64,000 nucleotides of DNA from Balanoglossus misakiensis (GCA_040954595.2 CM082594.2:11164276-11228275), one strand, 5' to 3'. Shown: positions 13,026 to 26,806, numbered from the stretch's first letter. Notes: generated by a model not told the origin, from the letters alone. Program-made: numbers and translations.

Positions 13026-14949
13026 ATAATTCACAAATAACCCTTACATTTGTAGAATTGTATTTATTGAAACTGTAATTAGTAACAAGGGTGTCTTACA
13101 GCATTTTTGAAACTGTCATAGGTCAGGTGTTTGTGCAAACAACCAGCAAAACACCAGTAGTTTGCTAGATAGCAAGAATGGGCCTAAACTGGAATGACAT
13201 TTATCAATATGGTTCATCAAAGAAGCTGTGTGATTGTGATATCACTGTTGAAAGTGATGGTATATATTTTATCTTGCATGTTTATAGCAGAATTTCTGTC
13301 AATATTTCTCACTGCATAACTCTTCCACCAAAATATGATCTTCCAATATTGAGGTGCCATTTTGTGTTTAGACTTTTTAATATTGTTTGGAGTTACCCAG
13401 TTTTAATTTCAGTTTAGAACTCAGCAATACTTGTGTCAGTGAAAATCATGGATAAACATGCACATTCTATCAACATATCAGTTTTCTTGTTTGTCAAATG
13501 ATGCAATAGCCATTAAGAAAAATCATGAAAACCATTTAAGGATGTGGCATAGGCTATCAGTAGTACTCTCAATTTTAAAAATGGACAATCATCTTTATTT
13601 ACAGAGAAAAGTCTCAGTAACGTGTTTCATATTCTTGTCTTCCTTGTAGTCAATACCACAGTGCAAGTCACCAGAGTAACAGCAAGTTACTAGACTATAG
13701 TTGCAAAGTTCTCTGGGTAAGGTAGCGATGTATATACATTTCCTCCAGAGGATTAGAATAGTAGGATAATTATGCAATACCGGTAAGTCCTGAGTATTCA
13801 CTGCACACCTGTGGAACTATAGTTGTATCGAATTATGACTTGTAAGTGTGAGCTTAATCCAGATAGCGTGGCTTGACACATGCATATCTGATGCCAGTTT
13901 GATTTTGACATTTTTCTCATGAAACATCAATATCGGAATATTGATTATCTGAATGATGTAATACCTTCTTGAGATTTCACAAAGTAACATGCAAATTGCA
14001 GATTTTGAGATAGCATCAATTTTTATGCTGAATCATATTCTTGTAGAGTATGACCTAAACAGAGGCAAGAACCAAACTAAAGCATTATTTGTTCAGTCTT
14101 TTATCAACATCAGTTGAGATAGGGGATCTCATTCTTCAACTGCAGTAGCCATGATTTATTTGTCACTTCTAAAAATATCACTGCCTCCAGCGAGTTTAGT
14201 GGGCCATTTCTTTAGACAGGATATTTGCTGTTCAACAGGCAGCTGTGTTTGCACTTTGTCGCTTTCTACAAAGTAAACACCACGTGAAATTATTCCAATC
14301 TGACAGACCACACCATGCATGCAGTTCTTTTTGCTGGTGGTACATCTATGATTGTAGATCCCAGAAGTGCTCTGATGTCAATGTGGAAAGGAATACGTCC
14401 ATAAGACATGTCACTATTGTATTTTTTAGCATTTTTTAGCATTTTTATTAACTACATCTTCCTGTCTACTTTTGCTGCATTTTTTGCCAAATATCCAAAT
14501 TCACAATTGTCAGCCAATTTTCAGAACCTTTTGGTGATATATTTATGCATGGATGGGGACACCAATGAATTGCATGTGTCAGCCAAAAACAATTCATGTT
14601 TTTTTGTTTTGAAATGTTATTGATTTGTTTTAATAGAACAATTATGATAAATAGTGTATCTCCACATGGTCATTAAAACTTAGACCCACATTTTTAACCA
14701 TATATGGGCATATTGGTGTTTGTATTCCGCATACTTCTACCCACAGTCTGATTAAAATCAGATGTAGAGTTTGCTCGATCTTTACATTTGCAGATTCTTT
14801 GCTGTTCAGCAAATGAAAGATTGAGCCAACCCTCTATCTCATTTTATTCAAATTGTCTGTGTACTGTATTGAGAATTGTTCCTTAAAGCACAGATGAAAC
14901 AAACAGGGAAGAAAAACACACATACAAGAACCAGTTGAACTTATAATCA

Positions 14950-14966
14950 TTTATTGTCATAATAAA
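14950..14966. terminator. Back-to-back polyadenylation signals for the convergent chimaerin (+) and aminotransferase (-) genes
   Basis: TTTATT (AATAAA on -) at 14950-14955 and AATAAA (+) at 14961-14966, between the two stop codons (13025 and 15333). Confidence 0.45.
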
Positions 14967-15332
14967 TGTATTTATGAATGATTTGCATATTTATTATCCA
15001 AACATTTGTTATTGCACTGTCTGCATATATGTAACAAATCTTTTGAGGAACCAAATTACTGTACATATGATGTAAATATCAGTTTTGATTCCCTCTCCTA
15101 ATGCACTAACACTCATCAATGCAACAGGAATGTTTTGCAAAATAATTTGACAGTATATATTGCTCTGTACTCTTGTGCTAGAAAGTCTGTTGCAATTTGC
15201 ACTTGGCTTACTACAGAACATTAAGTTGTACCCGGACTATTGCAGCGTTCTACAGAAAGCAGACATAGAATTAGTTAAAGATTAGATTGGGGTTAAACAA
15301 TCACATATTTTGCTTTCATCCAGAAGCAGCAT

Positions 15333-18300
15333 TTATTCTTTTCCAGACTCCAGTTGCGTCTTGACCCATTTCTTCAGCGCCTGCAAAGTCAAGCAGAGAA
15401 AAACAAAACTATTAGGCAGAGCTTGCTTCATTCTGTGTTGATTAATTTACCACATCCGTGGCATATAACACAGACAATGATAATTGTTTTGAAGGGTGGA
15501 TTTTTTAGAGAAATCCTTCTCTCTACCTGGATAGCTTCCATCAGTGGTGTACACTGTTGCATCACAAACTCATCACCCAGAGGAACATCTGTGCCAAGTT
15601 TTCTGCTGGCTTCCAAGGCACTGCTGCCGTCAAAGTTGATGTAACACAACCGCACCGTCAAACAATCCACTGGACGCAGATGTGCTGGGCCACCTGGCAT
15701 TAGCTGTGATTGGTCAATGACAAAAAGGTAAAATTTATGTTTAGTTCCCATTTGGTGTATGTGGACATATCAAGAGAGTTTATGGGATCAGTCAGTGTCT
15801 GTTGTGTGTACATGTATGTGGGTTTGAAATATCTGAATTTCATTGTGACTGAAAGGTTTGAAATATAAGAAGGAACTGGAGAGTATTTGATATTCAATCC
15901 ATGGCTCAAAACTAAAACTTTGATTCCTTACAGCTACACAAGCTTCATTCATAATAGCTTCACACAGCTGGCTACCAGTCAGTATCCCTCGTTTCTTCAA
16001 AGCTGGTCGCAAAATCTCAAAATTAGGAAACATGTAATAACCACCTGTTGACATGACAGCCTTGACTCCAGTAGATGTTAGTTCCCTGAAATATGGTAAT
16101 AAAAGATATTTATATTACCATTACTTGCAATGGTAGAAATTAGTAATTGATACAGACTTCGAAAGTGCTTCAAAATGACCCAAGAATTAAAGATAATTCT
16201 GACCTATAACAATACTTGGCCACTGCATGTAGAATTCTTCTTTCATGGAGAACATAGTCCTGCACTTCTTCTGGCCATTTGAACAACTATTGGAACAAAA
16301 TTTCAAAATAAATTTGTCAATCTCTGTGATCGGTCTACAACTTACAAAATTCAAAATGGCCGCCAAATTTGTATGACATACTACTAGACAACTGAAGTTT
16401 CTTTGCAGACAGTTTATTTGATATGTTGACAATTTGACACGGCAGAGAATTAGACACATTGGGAGGAGAGAGGTTTCTGACAACATTCAATGGTGTTGAT
16501 GAATTCTTACCCATATTGCAGCATTCTGCATCGGAGCAGGTGCACAGGTGAATGTGTGACTTGCAGCACTGCGTACAGCATCCTTCAAATCACTCAGTTC
16601 ATCTGGAAAGATGTGATATCCAAGCTGTAATAACAATAAATCCATGAGTTCAATGTTATGTATCCATTGTAATGTTAATAACTCGCAGCAGCGAATTATC
16701 AATAACAATCTGCTATATTTCAGTTCATGCTAATATTGTACTCACCCTCCATCCACCTGCACTGGCCCACTTTGATATCCCTGTACTCAGAATGGTACCT
16801 TCCGGATAATACTGTAAAACAAGTGTATTTGCCACACAGACATGATGAAAATGACCTAGATATAGTGGCCGAGTTAAAAAGGACATGACAGTGTTTATCA
16901 GCAAATCCTCAGTATTGAAGTCTGTGTCTTCTAGTGTTGCTATGGTTACATTACATTCCTACCTTTGCCAGTGAAACATGTGTGCCTTCAAATTGTAGTC
17001 TTGAATAAATTTCATCACTCACTACAATGATGTTGTGTTTTCTGAAAACTTCGCTGTAATAAAAACAGAAAATAATTATTGATTAGTTCATGATATTGCA
17101 GTACTCTGTAACCTATGTGTAAAATTGAATCAAATGAAAATTGTTTTGGTGGAAACTAAGAAATTCACACACAGGTCCAGTAAGAATTCAAAGTTTTCAC
17201 ATGATGTAGCATGCACATTTTAAACCAATTAAATAACTACAACTAGATGAAGAAATGAGAAATTCAACCTGAGTTGTTTCAAATGTTGTGCTTGATAGCT
17301 GGTTCCGGCTGTAGAGGAAAACAGTGTCAAATATGCAATGCAACAAAATTTATATCAAAATATAAACAACAAAAAAATGGTATGAGACAATTATGCAATG
17401 GACATGAATTCACACAAAAAGTAAACTTACTTGGATTGTCCGGGTTGCAAAGAATCAATAATCGATTTGGACCCAGTTTGTTTTCCGATACAACCTGTGA
17501 CAAAAATAACCATACAGAAATTATGATTCAAGACTCCATTTTGATTCTTGTTCTACTCTTATTGAGCACAGAACCTTCTGTGGCTGTAATCCATACGCTA
17601 GGAACAATTGTGGCCCATTTCTCATTTCACAAAATCTTCCTACCTGTTCAACAATGCTGGGTGTTAGTCTCCATTCATCTTCTTCTTTTGTGTCAATCAC
17701 AATCGCATCGTGACCCGATAATTGGGATTGAGGTCTGTAGGTCGTCCATGTTGGTGACAAGACCATCACATCTTTTGCAGGTAAACAAAAGGAATGTAGA
17801 GCACATGTGAAAATGTGCATTGAGATGTATTATGTAATGTGCTATAATAATATGCTCTTTATGTTATAATTTCCTTCAATAGTATTGAGAGGATACATGA
17901 CATTACCTCCATTGAAAACCGCCAACACTAGGTATATCAATTCTTTTGAACCAGGTGCTACAATAACGTTTTCTGGTTTTAAGTCTGTCAGGCCGTCCAG
18001 TTTACTGTGAAATTCACAAACAGCTGACCTCAGTTCAGGTAACCCTGGAAATCAATACAAGTAGTAAAACTATAAATTGGTCAAAATATGTAAAAAAACA
18101 GGAAAATCTTACATTTGTACTGTGCACATCTAAACCTAGAATGACTTCAATGCGACAGCTGTCCAGATAGCTGATAAATTATGAATGACAAACAAACAAT
18201 TTTAACTGAACAAAGTTTATAAATGGAGTGATTGATAGTGTTAATCTGAAAGTAAATATATTTTTCTTTGATTGTTGTGTGACGTTTCTGATGAAATTCT

Positions 18301-18693
18301 AGAAGCATGCAGTGGACATTTAAAGTAGTTTATGAGGTTCGTCATAACTTATTTTAATCGGATATTCCTTGGTCAAATTAATTTTATCCCTATCAATGGA
18401 CAGTTCACTCATAGACTAGCTACACGCAATTTGTTCATACCTTGTACTGGTAGATACACATTTTCTGCTGCATGTTGTTGGAGTTCCTTTACAGCTCCCG
18501 GAGTGATGGGAAATGGAGATTGTCCAAATCCCAAGTGATACATTTTCTTACCATCAGCGATCATCTTACGGACTTTTTCATTGAAAGCCAGGTTGGACGC
18601 TGGACAGTAATCCCTCAGATGTGGTTTCAGACGACTTGAGAATGGCTTTTCTGCAACCTCGGACATTTTTGCTGGGTCTGCTTTGACCTCCAT
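15333..18693 (-). CDS. PLP-dependent class I/II aminotransferase (aspartate aminotransferase-like, AspB/subgroup I-beta-like), ~451 aa, 12 coding exons
   Basis: Phase-consistent exons (minus): 18693-18441 (YHLGFGQSPFP..YLPVQG), 18044-17907 (GLPELRSAV..VAPGSKELIY), 17771-17644 (SPTWTTY), 17494-17431 (LILCNPDNP), 17308-17269 (TGTSY), 17053-16963 (VVSDEIYSRL), 16811-16746 (STGISKWASAGGWR, PLP lysine), 16624-16511 (LGY), 16286-16204, 16085-15932 (GGYYMFPNF), 15703-15527 (VRLCY), 15380-15333 (stop). Total 1356 nt. Confidence 0.93.
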
Positions 18694-19429
18694 TGTAAAT
18701 GACCTGTATAATACAGATAAACGGAACTTCCTGGAGAGAAACATTGGTCTGATGTGGTTTTGTTTGTCGTAGATGTCTTTTTAAGTGCTAGACTCTCCAG
18801 TTCCTTTATCTTGAAGTTGCTGATTTCCCTGTCATAGTGTCAAAATCTCTACAATAGGTAGCTATGGAAACGCACGGCGCCCCCCCCCCTGGACCCATGC
18901 AAAGTTGCATGACAACCCCGTACAACAACCCCCACCATGTACAGGTATGCTGATGATGCAACTTGGACAGGGGATTGCCTATATCTGCCCGCCTGTCTGT
19001 ACAATGAACATGTACTATTAATTTTCTTAGTATTAATTCACTAACTAATTGGGCTTTCATATTACAGATGTGTGGGACTTTAATTGTTATGCAAATTTGG
19101 AGGGACCATCAACGTACCATCGAGGGACCTACCAGCAGTACCGTGGGGGAGGGTGGGGGTTATGTTCTGATTCCCCCACCGTGAGGTCAGAGGGAGTCAA
19201 TCAGCATGTCGTCCGATCCCCAACGACCAAATAGGAGGTGTGTTTCTGCAGATCGATCTCCTATCCCTGCCACATCCCCGATGGTTTGTGTTGGCGATCG
19301 AGTGCACTCGCGCCCGGGACCCACCCACCACCCCCACCCTCCCCAAACAACGGACGGGGTGGCACAAACGACTGTCCATGATTCACGAAATCGCAATAAC
19401 TTTAAGAAGTTAGACAGATCTGTACTTAC

Positions 19430-19507
19430 CCGCTATGGTGTTCGCTACGTCGATGCACTACGAGTCCCAGGCTTTCGGACTTAAAGGTCGCACAGATGCT
19501 ATTTATA
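19430..19507 (-). promoter_or_regulatory. Probable aminotransferase TATA box and short non-coding first exon
   Basis: On the minus strand, TATAAATA at 19507-19500 and a consensus donor G|GTAAGT at 19430/19429. The first coding exon has an acceptor (TATACAG|) 10 nt before its ATG, at 18703, which implies an upstream UTR exon. Confidence 0.6.
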
Positions 19508-19682
19508 GCCTACCCTCATTACTGAAACCTACGCAATTTCTCGATTAATAGATTTCAACCCTTTCACCACACGAGGGCGTTGTTCACTTTAAACTTTAAA
19601 TCTGTGTTTATTTGAATTCTTGCATTTTCAATAAAACTAGAATAAAACGAAAGATTTAATTCGTGTTGTGTCATTTTATTTT

Positions 19683-22600
19683 ATCGACGATTTTTCGAGT
19701 TTGCGAATTTTCAAAATTTCTTCAAATCTTGATAAAAACCATGGGTTATAGCTCAGGAAAACCTTCAAAAATCGACGATTTTTCGAGTTTGCGAATTTTC
19801 AAAATTTCTTCAAATCTTGATAAAAACCATGGGTTATAGCTCAGGAAAACCTTCAAAAATCGACGATTTTTCGAGTTTGCGAATTTTCAAAATTTCTTCA
19901 AATCTTGATAAAATCCATGGGTTATAGCTCAGGAAAACCTTCAAAAATCGACGATTTTTCGAGTTTGCGAATTTTCAAAATTTCTTCAAATCTTGATAAA
20001 AACCATGGGTTATAGCTCAGGAAAACCTTCAAAAATCGACGATTTTTCGAGTTTGCGAATTTTCAAAATTTCTTCAAATCTTGATAAAAACCATGGGTTA
20101 TAGCTCAGGAAAACCTTCAAAAATCGACGATTTTTCGAGTTTGCGAATTTTCAAAATTTCTTCAAATCTTGATAAAATCCATGGGTTATAGCTCAGGAAA
20201 ACCTTCAAAAATCGACGATTTTTCGAGTTTGCGAATTTTCAAAATTTCTTCAAATCTTGATAAAAACCATGGGTTATAGCTCAGGAAAACCTTCAAAAAT
20301 CGACGATTTTTCGAGTTTGCGAATTTTCAAAATTTCTTCAAATCTTGATAAAAACCATGGGTTATAGCTCAGGAAAACCTTCAAAAATCGACGATTTTTC
20401 GAGTTTGCGAATTTTCAAAATTTCTTCAAATCTTGATAAAAACCATGGGTTATAGCTCAGGAAAACCTTCAAAAATCGACGATTTTTCGAGTTTGCGAAT
20501 TTTCAAAATTTCTTCAAATCTTGATAAAAACCATGGGTTATAGCTCAGGAAAACCTTCAAAAATCGACGATTTTTCGAGTTTGCGAATTTTCAAAATTTC
20601 TTCAAATCTTGATAAAAACCATGGGTTATAGCTCAGGAAAACCTTCAAAAATCGACGATTTTTCGAGTTTGCGAATTTTCAAAATTTCTTCAAATCTTGA
20701 TAAAAACCATGGGTTATAGCTCAGGAAAACCTTCAAAAATCGACGATTTTTCGAGTTTGCGAATTTTCAAAATTTCTTCAAATCTTGATAAAATCCATGG
20801 GTTATAGCTCAGGAAAACCTTCAAAAATCGACGATTTTTGAAGGTTTTCAAATCTTGATAAAAACCATGGGTTATAGCTCAGGAAAACCTTCAAAAATCG
20901 ACGATTTTTCGAGTTTGCGAATTTTCAAAATTTCTTCAAATCTTGATAAAAACCATGGGTTATAGCTCAGGAAAACCTTCAAAAATCGACGATTTTTCGA
21001 GTTTGCGAATTTTCAAAATTTCTTCAAATCTTGATAAAAACCATGGGTTATAGCTCAGGAAAACCTTCAAAAATCGACGATTTTTCGAGTTTGCGAATTT
21101 TCAAAATTTCTTCAAATCTTGATAAAATCCATGGGTTATAGCTCAGGAAAACCTTCAAAAATCGACGATTTTTCGAGTTTGCGAATTTTCAAAATTTCTT
21201 CAAATCTTGATAAAAACCATGGGTTATAGCTCAGGAAAACCTTCAAAAATCGACGATTTTTCGAGTTTGCGAATTTTCAAAATTTCTTCAAATCTTGATA
21301 AAAACCATGGGTTATAGCTCAGGAAAACCTTCAAAAATCGACGATTTTTCGAGTTTGCGAATTTTCAAAATTTCTTCAAATCTTGATAAAATCCATGGGT
21401 TATAGCTCAGGAAAACCTTCAAAAATCGACGATTTTTCGAGTTTGCGAATTTTCAAAATTTCTTCAAATCTTGATAAAAACCATGGGTTATAGCTCAGGA
21501 AAACCTTCAAAAATCGACGATTTTTCGAGTTTGCGAATTTTCAAAATTTCTTCAAATCTTGATAAAAACCATGGGTTATAGCTCAGGAAAACCTTCAAAA
21601 ATCGACGATTTTTCGAGTTTGCGAATTTTCAAAATTTCTTCAAATCTTGATAAAAACCATGGGTTATAGCTCAGGAAAACCTTCAAAAATCGACGATTTT
21701 TCGAGTTTGCGAATTTTCAAAATTTCTTCAAATCTTGATAAAAACCATGGGTTATAGCTCAGGAAAACCTTCAAAAATCGACGATTTTTCGAGTTTGCGA
21801 ATTTTCAAAATTTCTTCAAATCTTGATAAAAACCATGGGTTATAGCTCAGGAAAACCTTCAAAAATCGACGATTTTTCGAGTTTGCGAATTTTCAAAATT
21901 TCTTCAAATCTTGATAAAAACCATGGGTTATAGCTCAGGAAAACCTTCAAAAATCGACGATTTTTCGAGTTTGCGAATTTTCAAAATTTCTTCAAATCTT
22001 GATAAAAACCATGGGTTATAGCTCAGGAAAACCTTCAAAAATCGACGATTTTTCGAGTTTGCGAATTTTCAAAATTTCTTCAAATCTTGATAAAAACCAT
22101 GGGTTATAGCTCAGGAAAACCTTCAAAAATCGACGATTTTTCGAGTTTGCGAATTTTCAAAATTTCTTCAAATCTTGATAAAAACCATGGGTTATAGCTC
22201 AGGAAAACCTTCAAAAATCGACGATTTTTCGAGTTTGCGAATTTTCAAAATTTCTTCAAATCTTGATAAAAACCATGGGTTATAGCTCAGGAAAACCTTC
22301 AAAAATCGACGATTTTTCGAGTTTGCGAATTTTCAAAATTTCTTCAAATCTTGATAAAAACCATGGGTTATAGCTCAGGAAAACCTTCAAAAATCGACGA
22401 TTTTTCGAGTTTGCGAATTTTCAAAATTTCTTCAAATCTTGATAAAAACCATGGGTTATAGCTCAGGAAAACCTTCAAAAATCGACGATTTTTCGAGTTT
22501 GCGAATTTTCAAAATTTCTTCAAATCTTGATAAAATCCATGGGTTATAGCTCAGGAAAACCTTCAAAAATCGACGATTTTTCGAGTTTGCGAATTTTCAA

Positions 22601-25600
22601 AATTTCTTCAAATCTTGATAAAAACCATGGGTTATAGCTCAGGAAAACCTTCAAAAATCGACGATTTTTCGAGTTTGCGAATTTTCAAAATTTCTTCAAA
22701 TCTTGATAAAAACCATGGGTTATAGCTCAGGAAAACCTTCAAAAATCGACGATTTTTCGAGTTTGCGAATTTTCAAAATTTCTTCAAATCTTGATAAAAA
22801 CCATGGGTTATAGCTCAGGAAAACCTTCAAAAATCGACGATTTTTCGAGTTTGCGAATTTTCAAAATTTCTTCAAATCTTGATAAAAACCATGGGTTATA
22901 GCTCAGGAAAACCTTCAAAAATCGACGATTTTTCGAGTTTGCGAATTTTCAAAATTTCTTCAAATCTTGATAAAAACCATGGGTTATAGCTCAGGAAAAC
23001 CTTCAAAAATCGACGATTTTTCGAGTTTGCGAATTTTCAAAATTTCTTCAAATCTTGATAAAAACCATGGGTTATAGCTCAGGAAAACCTTCAAAAATCG
23101 ACGATTTTTCGAGTTTGCGAATTTTCAAAATTTCTTCAAATCTTGATAAAAACCATGGGTTATAGCTCAGGAAAACCTTCAAAAATCGACGATTTTTCGA
23201 GTTTGCGAATTTTCAAAATTTCTTCAAATCTTGATAAAAACCATGGGTTATAGCTCAGGAAAACCTTCAAAAATCGACGATTTTTCGAGTTTGCGAATTT
23301 TCAAAATTTCTTCAAATCTTGATAAAAACCATGGGTTATAGCTCAGGAAAACCTTCAAAAATCGACGATTTTTCGAGTTTGCGAATTTTCAAAATTTCTT
23401 CAAATCTTGATAAAAACCATGGGTTATAGCTCAGGAAAACCTTCAAAAATCGACGATTTTTCGAGTTTGCGAATTTTCAAAATTTCTTCAAATCTTGATA
23501 AAAACCATGGGTTATAGCTCAGGAAAACCTTCAAAAATCGGCGATTTTTCGAGATTGCGAATTTTCAAAATTTCTTCAAATCTTGATAAAACCATGGGTT
23601 ATAGCTCAGGAAAACCTTCAAAAATCGACGATTTTTCGAGTTTGCGAATTTTCAAAATTTCTTCAAATCTTGATAAAAACCATGGGTTATAGCTCAGGAA
23701 AACCTTCAAAAATCGACGATTTTTCGAGTTTGCGAATTTTCAAAATTTCTTCAAATCTTGATAAAAACCATGGGTTATAGCTCAGGAAAACCTTCAAAAA
23801 TCGACGATTTTTCGAGTTTGCGAATTTTCAAAATTTCTTCAAATCTTGATAAAAACCATGGGTTATAGCTCAGGAAAACCTTCAAAAATCGACGATTTTT
23901 CGAGTTTGCGAATTTTCAAAATTTCTTCAAATCTTGATAAAAACCATGGGTTATAGCTCAGGAAAACCTTCAAAAATCGACGATTTTTCGAGTTTGCGAA
24001 TTTTCAAAATTTCTTCAAATCTTGATAAAAACCATGGGTTATAGCTCAGGAAAACCTTCAAAAATCGACGATTTTTCGAGTTTGCGAATTTTCAAAATTT
24101 CTTCAAATCTTGATAAAAACCATGGGTTATAGCTCAGGAAAACCTTCAAAAATCGACGATTTTTCGAGTTTGCGAATTTTCAAAATTTCTTCAAATCTTG
24201 ATAAAAACCATGGGTTATAGCTCAGGAAAACCTTCAAAAATCGACGATTTTTCGAGTTTGCGAATTTTCAAAATTTCTTCAAATCTTGATAAAAACCATG
24301 GGTTATAGCTCAGGAAAACCTTCAAAAATCGACGATTTTTCGAGTTTGCGAATTTTCAAAATTTCTTCAAATCTTGATAAAAACCATGGGTTATAGCTCA
24401 GGAAAACCTTCAAAAATCGACGATTTTTCGAGTTTGCGAATTTTCAAAATTTCTTCAAATCTTGATAAAAACCATGGGTTATAGCTCAGGAAAACCTTCA
24501 AAAATCGACGATTTTTCGAGTTTGCGAATTTTCAAAATTTCTTCAAATCTTGATAAAAACCATGGGTTATAGCTCAGGAAAACCTTCAAAAATCGACGAT
24601 TTTTCGAGTTTGCGAATTTTCAAAATTTCTTCAAATCTTGATAAAAACCATGGGTTATAGCTCAGGAAAACCTTCAAAAATCGACGATTTTTCGAGTTTG
24701 CGAATTTTCAAAATTTCTTCAAATCTTGATAAAAACCATGGGTTATAGCTCAGGAAAACCTTCAAAAATCGACGATTTTTCGAGTTTGCGAATTTTCAAA
24801 ATTTCTTCAAATCTTGATAAAAACCATGGGTTATAGCTCAGGAAAACCTTCAAAAATCGACGATTTTTCGAGTTTGCGAATTTTCAAAATTTCTTCATAT
24901 CTTGATAAAAACCATGGGTTATAGCTCAGGAAAACCTTCAAAAATCGACGATTTTTCGAGTTTGCGAATTTTCAAAATTTCTTCAAATCTTGATAAAAAC
25001 CATGGGTTATAGCTCAGGAAAACCTTCAAAAATCGACGATTTTTCGAGTTTGCGAATTTTCAAAATTTCTTCAAATCTTGATAAAAACCATGGGTTATAG
25101 CTCAGGAAAACCTTCAAAAATCGACGATTTTTCGAGTTTGCGAATTTTCAAAATTTCTTCAAATCTTGATAAAAACCATGGGTTATAGCTCAGGAAAACC
25201 TTCAAAAATCGACGATTTTTCGAGTTTGCGAATTTTCAAAATTTCTTCAAATCTTGATAAAAACCATGGGTTATAGCTCAGGAAAACCTTCAAAAATCGA
25301 CGATTTTTCGAGTTTGCGAATTTTCAAAATTTCTTCAAATCTTGATAAAAACCATGGGTTATAGCTCAGGAAAACCTTCAAAAATCGACGATTTTTCGAG
25401 TTTGCGAATTTTCAAAATTTCTTCAAATCTTGATAAAAACCATGGGTTATAGCTCAGGAAAACCTTCAAAAATCGACGATTTTTCGAGTTTGCGAATTTT
25501 CAAAATTTCTTCAAATCTTGATAAAATCCATGGGTTATAGCTCAGGAAAACCTTCAAAAATCGACGATTTTTCGAGTTTGCGAATTTTCAAAATTTCTTC

Positions 25601-26806
25601 AAATCTTGATAAAAACCATGGGTTATAGCTCAGGAAAACCTTCAAAAATCGACGATTTTTCGAGTTTGCGAATTTTCAAAATTTCTTCAAATCTTGATAA
25701 AAACCATGGGTTATAGCTCAGGAAAACCTTCAAAAATCGACGATTTTTCGAGTTTGCGAATTTTCAAAATTTCTTCAAATCTTGATAAAAACCATGGGTT
25801 ATAGCTCAGGAAAACCTTCAAAAATCGACGATTTTTCGAGTTTGCGAATTTTCAAAATTTCTTCAAATCTTGATAAAAACCATGGGTTATAGCTCAGGAA
25901 AACCTTCAAAAATCGACGATTTTTCGAGTTTGCGAATTTTCAAAATTTCTTCAAATCTTGATAAAAACCATGGGTTATAGCTCAGGAAAACCTTCAAAAA
26001 TCGACGATTTTTCGAGTTTGCGAATTTTCAAAATTTCTTCAAATCTTGATAAAAACCATGGGTTATAGCTCAGGAAAACCTTCAAAAATCGACGATTTTT
26101 CGAGATTGCGAATTTTCAAAATTTCTTCAAATCTTGATAAAACCATGGGTTATAGCTCAGGAAAACCTTCAAAAATCGACGATTTTTCGAGATTGCGAAT
26201 TTTCAAAATTTCTTCAAATCTTGATAAAAACCATGGGTTATAGCTCAGGAAAACCTTCAAAAATCGACGATTTTTCGAGTTTGCGAATTTTCAAAATTGC
26301 TTCAAATCTTGATAAAAACCATGGGTTATAGCTCAGGAAAACCTTCAAAAATCGACGATTTTTCGAGTTTGCGAATTTTCAAAATTTCTTCAAATCTTGA
26401 TAAAAACCATGGGTTATAGCTCAGGAAAACCTTCAAAAATCGACGATTTTTCGAGTTTGCGAATTTTCAAAATTTCTTCAAATCTTGATAAAAACCATGG
26501 GCTATAGCTCAGGAAAACCTTCAAAAATCGACGATTTTTCGAGTTTGCGAATTTTCAAAATTTCTTCAAATCTTGATAAAAACCATGGGCTATAGCTCAG
26601 GAAAACCTTCAAAAATCGACGATTTTTCGAGTTTGCGAATTTTCAAAATTTCTTCAAATCTTGATAAAAACCATGGGTTATAGCTCAGGAAAACCTTCAA
26701 AAATCGACGATTTTTCGAGTTTGCGAATTTTCAAAATTTCTTCAAATCTTGATAAAAACCATGGGTTATAGCTCAGGAAAACCTTCAAAAATCGACGATT
26801 TTTCGA
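19683..26806. repeat. Satellite array, variant A (88-bp monomer, ~81 copies)
   Basis: Monomer AAAACCATGGGTTATAGCTCAGGAAAACCTTCAAAAATCGACGATTTTTCGAGTTTGCGAATTTTCAAAATTTCTTCAAATCTTGATA. The period is 88 (ATGGG at 19741, 19829...) and copies are near-identical. Confidence 0.98.

Noticed and set aside
17274-17810. 178-aa plus-strand ORF
   Set aside because: Antisense shadow across aminotransferase exons and introns, with no independent coding signal.
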